Positions 1 through 6,726 of a DNA stretch of 64,000 nucleotides are shown in pieces. The notes under the pieces are model-generated. The model had not been told where the DNA came from. It did not search any database and saw nothing but the letters and a program-made list of their open reading frames with translations. The translations under genes and the position numbers were made by a program. This stretch comes from an uncultured Legionella sp. (lineage in GTDB: Bacteria > Pseudomonadota > Gammaproteobacteria > Legionellales > Legionellaceae): the NCBI GenBank assembly GCA_964576655.1, contig CAZNVR010000001.1, positions 26,637-90,636 of the forward strand, read 5' to 3'. The stretch's first letter is position 1, and each line of letters opens with the position of its first letter.

Positions 1-295
1 AATCTTTAACACTTATGCCATGATATGCAGCTTGTGAAAGCGTATTTTCTTCGGCGTGACAACATATACACTCATGTAAATCAATGCTCGATGCAATATT
101 ATGATTATTGCAGCGTGGACATCCACCTTCATCGCAATTCTGAATGCCTCGTGGTGTACCATTATATCCAGTGGAAATAATACGTCCATCTTTTACTAAG
201 ATCGCGCCGACTTGACGACGACAACAGCTTGAGCGCATAGCGACAACACTTGCAATGCGTAAAAAATATTCATCTAAAGTCATTTTATTCATCAT
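1..295 (-). CDS. dCMP deaminase (deoxycytidylate deaminase family), N-terminal part only; 3' end lies beyond the window start
   Basis: Hand translation of the minus strand from ATG 295 (alternatives 292/283) gives MMNKMTLDEYFLRIASVVAMRSSCCRRQVGAILVKDGRIISTGYNGTPRG..GGCPRC..HECICCHAEENT. It has the CxHAEEN zinc/catalytic-Glu motif. It is missing from the ORF track because it is truncated. Confidence 0.8.
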   Translation of the reverse strand, partial: MMNKMTLDEYFLRIASVVAMRSSCCRRQVGAILVKDGRIISTGYNGTPRGIQNCDEGGCPRCNNHNIASSIDLHECICCHAEENTLSQAAYHGISVKD

Positions 296-692
296 TTGTA
301 TCAAAATCTAAATATTGCGTAAAATCATGCTTTGATTTCATTTTTCGGTGTAGTTTCATTAGAGATCGTTTAATATATAAATCGGCAGATGTGATAGTAG
401 AATTTGTAAGTGTTGCAATTTCATCTAATGTATGGACCTTATTATGTAGATGCTGATATGTGAAAAAGCAATAGTTGCTATCACCATGGACTATATACCA
501 TTCGCACTGCTCGTGAGGTGGACCTTGTTGATAGATCGTATTCAAGGCATATGGACACGGTTCACCAGAAAGACATTTGAGCTGACGAGGACAACGTGAA
601 TCCATTGGAATTGTTGAATAAAGTCGTTCTTTCTCTTTAGGATTCATTAAGTTAATGTCTTCAAATCCAGTTGTAATTTTCTTTTTACGCAT
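285..692 (-). CDS. Cys/His-rich small protein with C-terminal sigma-70 region-4-like helix-turn-helix
   Basis: 135 aa. N-terminal CPRQLKC..PCPY..HEQCEW..YCFF cluster. The C-terminal HTLDEIATLTNSTITSADLYIKRSLMKLHRKM resembles a sigma region 4.2 HTH. Confidence 0.4.
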   Translation of the reverse strand: MRKKKITTGFEDINLMNPKEKERLYSTIPMDSRCPRQLKCLSGEPCPYALNTIYQQGPPHEQCEWYIVHGDSNYCFFTYQHLHNKVHTLDEIATLTNSTITSADLYIKRSLMKLHRKMKSKHDFTQYLDFDTNDE

Positions 693-699
693 TGAGATT

Positions 700-705
700 A
701 TTATA
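700..705 (-). promoter_or_regulatory. -10 hexamer TATAAT located 7 nt upstream of ATG 692 (leaderless geometry)
   Basis: Minus strand reads TTTCGTATTATAATAATCTCA-ATG. There is no Shine-Dalgarno between the hexamer and the start. Confidence 0.4.
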
Positions 706-806
706 ATACGAAATTATGAAAAATGAAATATACTATTTATTTTAATCTATAAATCATAATTAAAAAAGAAAAAAGATAGATTACAATAGCAATTAATAGG
801 GATGTG

Positions 807-920
807 TCAATAGTGGTCATAAGCTCCATTGACATTGACAATTGATTCTATATGTTCAAAAACTACAATTGCCGATATAAAAGATAATGCTGAAAATGCC
901 ATAATTATAATAAATTTCAT
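807..920 (-). CDS. small hydrophobic protein (37 aa), below ORF-track cutoff
   Basis: Hand translation gives MKFIIIMAFSALSFISAIVVFEHIESIVNVNGAYDHY*, with one predicted TM helix. No clear SD. Confidence 0.35.
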   Translation of the reverse strand: MKFIIIMAFSALSFISAIVVFEHIESIVNVNGAYDHY

Positions 921-966
921 AAATTATTCACTTTCATATTAAAATCTTTTTTTATTGTTCTTAGTT

Positions 967-1290
967 TCATATGTTTTTTCCGACATAAGACAGTTCACCT
1001 GTTGCAATTCCATTTTCGTGTTTAAAATTCTTGATCACTATTTTGATAGAGGTAAACATGTCATTAGATTTCACATTTAATGGTTTGATTCCCTTCCTAT
1101 TATCTAAATTATCTTGAAAGACATCTAGACTTATCGAAACCTTTTCTTCTTCTTTGATCTCTTCGAAAATATCTGGGTAATCTTGTGGAGGATATATCTC
1201 ATCGTTTATAAGATAATTCGGTGGATACACTTTATGAATAGTATCTTTACAAAACCCTGGACAATCAATTTTTACTCTGTATTTTTTCAT
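967..1290 (-). CDS. hypothetical protein, paralog of ORF 19568-19909
   Basis: 107 aa starting MKKYRVKIDCPGF. The first 38 nt are identical to 19872-19909. The shared YP(D/E)IFEEIKEE segment is also present. Its SD (GGAGAG) lies in a hairpin at 1296-1311. Confidence 0.65.
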   Translation of the reverse strand: MKKYRVKIDCPGFCKDTIHKVYPPNYLINDEIYPPQDYPDIFEEIKEEEKVSISLDVFQDNLDNRKGIKPLNVKSNDMFTSIKIVIKNFKHENGIATGELSYVGKNI

Positions 1291-1363
1291 ATTATCATCG
1301 TCTCTCCGATGCGCCTCTCTCCCTATTATGCACCTATAGGGTCATGGCTTTAAGTTAGCACTG

Positions 1364-1385
1364 AATTGGTCACCACTAGTTGCTG
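1364..1385. repeat. direct repeat copy 1 (AATTGGTCACCACTAGTTGCTG) inside island A
   Basis: Matches 1515-1537 (AATTGGTCGCCCCCTAGTTGCTT), 151 nt away. Confidence 0.7.
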
Positions 1386-1514
1386 TGGAGGCAGGGCTTG
1401 ATACCTGCTGATGATCTTGTTGAGATAGTCGATTACAACTACGCCTTCATTACACCGATCAATAGTATCATCTAAGTCCTTATTCGCACGTCCTTCCGTG
1501 CCGCTCCACAATTA

Positions 1515-1537
1515 AATTGGTCGCCCCCTAGTTGCTT
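1515..1537. repeat. direct repeat copy 2 inside island A
   Basis: See 1364-1385. Consensus is AATTGGTCRCC(M)CTAGTTGCT. Confidence 0.7.
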
Positions 1538-1660
1538 GCTGGGTACGCTCTGACTTAACTTCACGCGCAATTAATCGTTCTACCCAATGTCAGATTAATT
1601 ACTAGGCTCCGTCGCGCATATTACAAGCAACATCGGGGCGTTGTTATAATAATCTGTACC

Positions 1661-2794
1661 TCATATTTCCACCTTATAAGCTTTTGAATGTTTAGGACAA
1701 ATGATTTGCCAAATAATACTATCGTATTCTTTCTCGCTTAACATAGCAAATAAGATTGTATTAAGTTTCTTAGGATGGGTCATGATTTTTAATGCTGCTT
1801 CTTTTCGCGGCAATTGATCAAGTTGTTCTCCCATATATATCGATAGAACTTGTTGGCGTATAGTACGGAATTTCTCTTTATAATGCTCTGAGACATCTGT
1901 GACCCATTTATAAAGCTCATCGGGTACACGATCAACAAGTCGTGTAATAAGTGATTCTTTACATTCTAGTATGTCTTCTACGTAGTACTTATCTAAGTTA
2001 AGCTTCAATCCAATGACCTTTGCATCTGTCATGCCTTTGCTTCTTAAGCTATCGATGGCTACAGCTTCCCAGATGGCCCGAGTGTTAAGTCCTGTAACAA
2101 GTTTATGTAGTCGGACGTATTCTTTAAATTTGATCTTTAGACGTAAACCAGAAGCATATTGAATAACATAGCCTTCTGCATTATCTTCTTGTTTGTTTAA
2201 TAAGAATTGTAAATCTCCCTTAGCATAGTGGCGATAAGGAGTTTCAATTGGAAGAATCTCATAGACGTCTGATCCATTGTCATTATCAATTGTTGCGATA
2301 TGAACAAGTTTCCGTTCATCTCCATAATTCACAACTATACGATTTTCTGGATAGATAATCTCGAATAAATATGTATAGGATTTTCGATTCTCTTGAAGAT
2401 AGCGGACAAAATTTGTTTTAGAACGAAGCATTTTAGTGCCTTCAAGCGCTTGATTGCTGGTAAAGCTTCCGCGCGTTGCAATATACGGTATATCGCCAAT
2501 CCAGTACATAATCCCTAAACTTCCATCAAACTTCATTGTAATTGTAAATTCTTCATCTGGTAATGGTTCTTTATGTTCTTCTAAATTGAAGAATTTTCTA
2601 AATGGTCTAGCTACAATATTATCTTCGCCATCTAAGATTAATCCACGACACATTAGTGTTTCAGGAGTCCAATATTTATTATATTGACATTTTGACGTAT
2701 AGTTGTAGATATATAGATCTTCAGTAGGATGTTTTTGAACTGAAATATATCGTTCTTCGATTAACTCTTTAAATTTAGTTGTATCAATTTTCAT
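1661..2794 (-). CDS. RNA ligase 1 (T4 RnlA/gp63-like)
   Basis: 377 aa. Motif I is KFDGSLG. MCRGLIL..ARPFRKFFNLEE, GSFTSNQA and FEIIYPENRIV are collinear with T4 Rnl1 ECRGIMF..SRPMEKFFNLNE, KEDGSL, GSIKSEQA and FEFVAPTNRIV (recalled from memory). Confidence 0.8.
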   Translation of the reverse strand: MKIDTTKFKELIEERYISVQKHPTEDLYIYNYTSKCQYNKYWTPETLMCRGLILDGEDNIVARPFRKFFNLEEHKEPLPDEEFTITMKFDGSLGIMYWIGDIPYIATRGSFTSNQALEGTKMLRSKTNFVRYLQENRKSYTYLFEIIYPENRIVVNYGDERKLVHIATIDNDNGSDVYEILPIETPYRHYAKGDLQFLLNKQEDNAEGYVIQYASGLRLKIKFKEYVRLHKLVTGLNTRAIWEAVAIDSLRSKGMTDAKVIGLKLNLDKYYVEDILECKESLITRLVDRVPDELYKWVTDVSEHYKEKFRTIRQQVLSIYMGEQLDQLPRKEAALKIMTHPKKLNTILFAMLSEKEYDSIIWQIICPKHSKAYKVEI

Positions 2795-2907
2795 TTTTTA
2801 TTAAAAGTTACATTCGTACTAAAAAGTACAGCTAAAATCCAAAGCCATAATGGAAAAGACCAGTTCAATGGTCCATATTTAAGAATTAATAATAACATTA
2901 ACGCCAT
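2791..2907 (-). CDS. small membrane protein (38 aa), below ORF-track cutoff
   Basis: MALMLLLILKYGPLNWSFPLWLWILAVLFSTNVTFNKK*. Its TGA overlaps the ATG of the ligase gene (ATGA coupling). Confidence 0.4.
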   Translation of the reverse strand: MALMLLLILKYGPLNWSFPLWLWILAVLFSTNVTFNKK

Positions 2908-2918
2908 AAATTTAAGTT

Positions 2919-3527
2919 TTACGTAAAATCAACCTCTACTTTTAATCTAACGTTGAGACTAGGAATACCAATTTTATTCACTAATCCATATTGAACAGCT
3001 TCTTCTGTACCTATATACCAATCAGCATGGCCTCGTTTATGAACTAATTTTGTAAAGTAATCTTCACGTTTACCACAATTCTTAGCCAATATTGTATAAA
3101 TAAGGTTATTTAATTTAATTAATTGCTCTGTATCAGATTTAATTTCGCCAATCTTGCCCATCGACATACTGGATGCATCATGGATCATAAATGTCGAATT
3201 AGCGGAAGCAAATCGCATCCCATCTGTACCACAAGAGAATAGAATAACACCACAACTCATTGCTTTACCAACACATATAGTCGCGACAGACTTTTTACAT
3301 GATCGTATAATGTCGATCATAGCTAATAATGAATAAACGCATCCGCCATAAGAATCAATTAAAATAGGAATAACTGGTTGACTTGATTGCGATGCCCTTA
3401 AGACATCAGCATGAAAATTTTTTACGGCAGATTCATTAAATTCATTAACAGTTACAATGACCGGTAAATCGATAAGATCCTCTGCTTTTTTACTTTTAAA
3501 GGCATTATCAATTTCTATATTGATCAT
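2919..3527 (-). CDS. ClpP-family serine protease-like protein
   Basis: Motifs IDSYGGCVYSLLAMIDIIRS, GKAMSCGVILFS (Ser), FMIHDAS (His) and C-terminal EEAVQYGLVNKI. The start is moved to ATG 3527 (MINIEID), 2 nt after the upstream stop. Confidence 0.7.
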   Translation of the reverse strand: MINIEIDNAFKSKKAEDLIDLPVIVTVNEFNESAVKNFHADVLRASQSSQPVIPILIDSYGGCVYSLLAMIDIIRSCKKSVATICVGKAMSCGVILFSCGTDGMRFASANSTFMIHDASSMSMGKIGEIKSDTEQLIKLNNLIYTILAKNCGKREDYFTKLVHKRGHADWYIGTEEAVQYGLVNKIGIPSLNVRLKVEVDFT

Positions 3528-3529
3528 AA

Positions 3530-4273
3530 TTATCTTATACCATCTAATCTCCAAAAACGTTCTAACATTGTCATTTGTAATTTTTCAATAGCATCGCGAT
3601 CTGGTGCCCATTGTAAGAGGGATTTTTGATATAATGTATCAATACGTTCCTCTAATTGAATGGCTTGTGCTAAAACAGTTTCTAATGAATAGACTCCTGA
3701 TCGAATATCTTTTAATTCTTCAACATGTAGTGATGGGTAAATAATTTCTTCATGTTCAAAAATATCAATCGCTTCATATAAGAGTCGTATAAGATGCATA
3801 GCAAACTTCGTGTCATAACCATACTGTTCAATTAGCGCATAACGTTTACTATTAGCTTGAGGATTCTTAATAAGAATCTTATGACGTTGAGTATGAGCAT
3901 ATCCTTTAAAAGCATGATATGCTTTCTTAGATAAAAATAAATGACGATTCTCTATAAGTTCTTCGCCAAACATTGTATTATAAACAATCTTGTTTTCAGG
4001 CGTATAGAGAATACTAAGGATGTTTGGATTATTAGCGATCGCTAATTGAATAAATTTGATTAAACCATAGCACGTATAATCAACATTTTTACCATCAATT
4101 TTATCATTAAGAACAAGATGTTCACATTTCGATAATCCATATACATATTCTTTTGGAAAGATACAAATGCCTTGGAAGTCATCATCTGATTCAATAGTAT
4201 CAGTACCATAAAGTTTGGAGCCGGTTCGAACCTTAAGAATTAAATTCTCTTGTGCGAGTCGTTGTTCTTGCAT
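3530..4273 (-). CDS. Pol-beta superfamily nucleotidyltransferase (RlaP / PF10127-like, RNA-ligase-associated)
   Basis: 247 aa. The N-terminal VRTGSKLYGTDTIESDDDFQGICI is the GS..SDxD nucleotidyltransferase signature. It sits in the same operon as Rnl1. Confidence 0.6.
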   Translation of the reverse strand: MQEQRLAQENLILKVRTGSKLYGTDTIESDDDFQGICIFPKEYVYGLSKCEHLVLNDKIDGKNVDYTCYGLIKFIQLAIANNPNILSILYTPENKIVYNTMFGEELIENRHLFLSKKAYHAFKGYAHTQRHKILIKNPQANSKRYALIEQYGYDTKFAMHLIRLLYEAIDIFEHEEIIYPSLHVEELKDIRSGVYSLETVLAQAIQLEERIDTLYQKSLLQWAPDRDAIEKLQMTMLERFWRLDGIR

Positions 4274-4274
4274 A

Positions 4275-4505
4275 TCATGGTTGTTTATTTAATATAGCAA
4301 CAGCATCATCTAAACATTGTAAGATGATTTTATTCATCTTGTCATGATAATAAATATCAAAAACTTTATCCACAAATTTCTCTTCACGTACTGCCCATAA
4401 TTCATAAAGGGCACTTCGAAGCTTCATTGATTGACTTGTGCCTTTATTGATACGTTGTATCGCATCTTTGCGCCATTGAACTGAATCAATTTTAGTTTGT
4501 TCCAT
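4275..4505 (-). CDS. hypothetical protein
   Basis: 76 aa, 1-nt gaps to both neighbours. No motif recognised. Confidence 0.6.
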   Translation of the reverse strand: MEQTKIDSVQWRKDAIQRINKGTSQSMKLRSALYELWAVREEKFVDKVFDIYYHDKMNKIILQCLDDAVAILNKQP

Positions 4506-4506
4506 A

Positions 4507-5040
4507 TCAATCCCACCAATCTAATAAATGTTGTCGTAAAATTTTACTAAAAAGCATTAAATCCTGTCGTTTTAATGAGTCTTCTTTTTTATATAATGCG
4601 AGAATACTAGCTCTATTAGCTTTAGGATGTGAAACCCATTCAACACTTCCATCTTCATGTTCTATTGTTGTATGAGGATATGCTGTATGATATTCATCTA
4701 ATTCGGTGCTAATATATTCATCATCTATAAGTCGTTGTAATGCGAATCGACATTCTTTCATTTGTTCAGCATTTTTAGGCGCATCATTTGAATGAGCATC
4801 ATTTAAAAAATGTTTTTCCATCAATTCTAATTTAAGACATATTAATTTCGCGAAATAATACCAATCCCAATCAAATGATGTAAGTGCATATTTTCCAAAT
4901 ATGTAAAGTAATTTTAAACGATATGCTACATGAGATGGTCGGAATAAACGAAAAAAATCTACAATCCGACCATAATAGTATTCAATTTCAAAACGTAATA
5001 TGTCGAGTTTTGATTTTTTTGTACGTGATGGAAATAACAT
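4507..5040 (-). CDS. hypothetical protein
   Basis: 177 aa with an AAAGGA SD upstream. No motif recognised. Confidence 0.65.
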   Translation of the reverse strand: MLFPSRTKKSKLDILRFEIEYYYGRIVDFFRLFRPSHVAYRLKLLYIFGKYALTSFDWDWYYFAKLICLKLELMEKHFLNDAHSNDAPKNAEQMKECRFALQRLIDDEYISTELDEYHTAYPHTTIEHEDGSVEWVSHPKANRASILALYKKEDSLKRQDLMLFSKILRQHLLDWWD

Positions 5041-5071
5041 GAAATAATCCTTTCATTAAAAATCTGCATAT

Positions 5072-5080
5072 ATTATACCC
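5072..5080 (-). promoter_or_regulatory. extended -10-like element GGGTATAAT upstream of ORF 4507-5040
   Basis: Minus strand reads TTGGGTATAATATATGCAG..AAAGGATTATTTC-ATG. Confidence 0.35.
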
Positions 5081-5152
5081 AATAAGGATTATAATTAGTT
5101 GTAATAATGTTAAAGGTTCATTCATGATTGACAATAGATAATGAATCATTAT

Positions 5153-5338
5153 TTAATCCTCAGACATATAGATTAAAATACAGCCAGTCACGATCGAAAT
5201 TCCCATCAGTATAGTGACGTGTGGAAAGCTCCAAATGAATGATACAATTGTGAGAACTATAATAGATAATACGACAACGATAATTGGTACTAAAATTAAT
5301 AAACTACCTAATATACGTCGAGTGTTTTGGGTTATCAT
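5153..5338 (-). CDS. small membrane protein (2 TM)
   Basis: 61 aa, ILGSLLILVPIIVVVLSIIVLTIVSFIW..ILMGISIVTGCILIYM. Confidence 0.6.
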   Translation of the reverse strand: MITQNTRRILGSLLILVPIIVVVLSIIVLTIVSFIWSFPHVTILMGISIVTGCILIYMSED

Positions 5339-5465
5339 ATTTATTACACCACCTTCTAATTAAAAAAACAAGTAATAGTAAAACAAAGATTGTTGTTAAA
5401 ATGCCAAAAAACCAAAAAGCAATAATTCCAATAATCATTAATGTAAAATATCCAAGAAATGACAT
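5304..5465 (-). CDS. small membrane protein (53 aa), below ORF-track cutoff
   Basis: MSFLGYFTLMIIGIIAFWFFGILTTIFVLLLLVFLIRRWCNKYDNPKHSTYIR*. It starts 2 nt after the stop of ORF 5467-5679 and overlaps the next ORF by 35 nt. Confidence 0.4.
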   Translation of the reverse strand: MSFLGYFTLMIIGIIAFWFFGILTTIFVLLLLVFLIRRWCNKYDNPKHSTYIR

Positions 5466-5466
5466 A

Positions 5467-5679
5467 TTAATCATCTAATGCCATTACAACAGCATTTCCT
5501 ACACAATAGACCTGTATTGCTAAGTATCCTACTTCTGATATATTATTTGGATGTATAAAAAAATGGAACAACCCTATGCTGAAAGCCATATTAAGGGTAT
5601 AAAATATCGTAAAACGAATAATTTTAATATCCCATAATAAAGTAATCCAACATAAACAACATGCGATAAGTCGTTGCAT
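5467..5679 (-). CDS. small membrane protein
   Basis: 70 aa, hydrophobic throughout (LIACCLCWITLLW.., FSIGLFHFFI.., LAIQVYCVGNAVV). Confidence 0.55.
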   Translation of the reverse strand: MQRLIACCLCWITLLWDIKIIRFTIFYTLNMAFSIGLFHFFIHPNNISEVGYLAIQVYCVGNAVVMALDD

Positions 5680-5701
5680 AAAAGCTCCTTACTTTATTAT
5701 A

Positions 5702-6202
5702 TCATAAGGGTACGAAAGAAAGTGATTTTAAATTAATTGAATTCTCTAATTCTTTATCATATTGAAAATCATTTGCTAATTGATTTAATTGTTGGATATA
5801 GAATTGATCGTCATGGTAAAAGCGATGAATAACGTGATGATTATGAATTTCAGTAAACCACCGAAAACCTTGGACCATATCTTTCACCTTTAAAAGCATC
5901 TTCTTAACTTTTCGATTTCCCAAGGCGACAACCATGCGTGGACGAATTAATTCAAGTTCCATTGCAAGAGCTTCATGCCACTCATCTTCAGAATGCATCC
6001 AGCGTTTTTCCGCAGTAGTGATGTAGATATGGTGTAGATTAATACTCGATCGTTCTAAATAAGAACGGAATAACTTAATAGATTCACTTTCAATATCATA
6101 TTGATCAGACCATTCATCAATAAAGACTAAATTTGCATCTGTAGAACCGAAGCCTAAGGCTTGAACAGATTTGAGCTTTGATGAAATTAGCTTAGTATCC
6201 AC
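5702..6202 (-). CDS. uracil-DNA glycosylase superfamily-like protein, degenerate motifs
   Basis: 166 aa. GFGSTDANLVFIDEWSD sits where family-4 UDG has GEGP..A.IMFVGEAPG. IYITTAEKR matches (TN..KC), and LIRPRMVVALGN is also UDG-like. The catalytic motifs are not conserved. Confidence 0.4.
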   Translation of the reverse strand: MDTKLISSKLKSVQALGFGSTDANLVFIDEWSDQYDIESESIKLFRSYLERSSINLHHIYITTAEKRWMHSEDEWHEALAMELELIRPRMVVALGNRKVKKMLLKVKDMVQGFRWFTEIHNHHVIHRFYHDDQFYIQQLNQLANDFQYDKELENSINLKSLSFVPL

Positions 6203-6221
6203 TATACTAATATACCAAGCA

Positions 6222-6401
6222 TTAACTATCTAATTGATCTTTATTAACTGGTTTTCGTTGCGATGTATTAAGGTTAAGAAAACTCAGCATATAAAGCACT
6301 AATTCTTCTTCATCTTGTTGACGATTTTTATTAAGTTCATCAAGTGCTTTGACCGCATCCTCTAAATTCTCATATTCAAATGTTCGTTGTTTTTTGTTCA
6401 T
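6222..6401 (-). CDS. hypothetical protein (59 aa), just below ORF-track cutoff
   Basis: MNKKQRTFEYENLEDAVKALDELNKNRQQDEEELVLYMLSFLNLNTSQRKPVNKDQLDS*. ATGA overlap with the stop of ORF 6398-6712. Confidence 0.5.
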   Translation of the reverse strand: MNKKQRTFEYENLEDAVKALDELNKNRQQDEEELVLYMLSFLNLNTSQRKPVNKDQLDS

Positions 6402-6712
6402 AATTCCCCCTTTGCTTTTAGAATAGCTTGTGAAATTTTAACAAATGCAACTGTAGCCCCAACATCTTGAGGTAAAATCGATCGAAATTGCATGTAAAAG
6501 TCCATTGCAGCTTCACATGCTTCAAATAAATCAGGACTTGCTGCAATCAAAGAAGCATTAGCTTTTTGAGTATTAGCATAGAAAGGTTGTTTAGTAGCAT
6601 AGGCGATAATGGCGTCAGGATCCAAACTTTTGTTAGCTGAGATACCTATTTTACCATCATATTGGTTGGCAGGTAATGTATGCCATGGTCCTTCTGTGTA
6701 GTCTTTACCCAT
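6398..6712 (-). CDS. hypothetical protein with ANAxLIAxxPxLxxACE motif (paralog family)
   Basis: 104 aa. KANASLIAASPDLFEACEAA is shared with ORFs 16075-16359 and, more weakly, 18716-19132. Confidence 0.65.
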   Translation of the reverse strand: MGKDYTEGPWHTLPANQYDGKIGISANKSLDPDAIIAYATKQPFYANTQKANASLIAASPDLFEACEAAMDFYMQFRSILPQDVGATVAFVKISQAILKAKGEL

Positions 6713-6726
6713 TGTTATATTCTCCT

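Larger units (their letters stand above)
1291..1660 (-). ncRNA. candidate structured RNA / cis-regulatory leader (GC-rich island A), class unknown
   Basis: No ORF longer than 14 codons. Hand-counted G+C is about 47-52% against roughly 33% in the flanks. It has a terminal closing helix, a 10-bp long-range helix, several hairpins and an internal 22-nt direct repeat. Strand is inferred from the flanking genes only. Confidence 0.45.

Noticed and set aside
1403-1440. CTGATGA on the plus strand inside island A (about 1407-1413) resembles the hammerhead ribozyme core.
   Set aside because: No GAAA box and no stem II/III arrangement follows it. The downstream sequence TCTTGTTGAGATAGTC cannot form the required three-way junction.
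1291-1660. I considered that island A might be a glycine or other known riboswitch, a T-box, tmRNA, a tRNA-like element or a group I intron.
   Set aside because: GGAGAG and ACGGAAGGA strings are present, but they are not in the order or spacing of the glycine aptamer consensus I recall. There is no T-loop (GTTCGAATC-type) sequence. There are no flanking split exons, since both neighbouring ORFs are intact. No class could be assigned without tools, so it is reported only as an unknown structured element.
1291-1660. I considered that island A might be a MITE or other mobile insertion, given its imperfect terminal inverted repeats and foreign-looking GC content.
   Set aside because: The terminal complementarity is short and imperfect. 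No target-site duplication is visible. No second full copy exists in the window; islands B and C share only short motifs. This cannot be excluded without genome-wide comparison.
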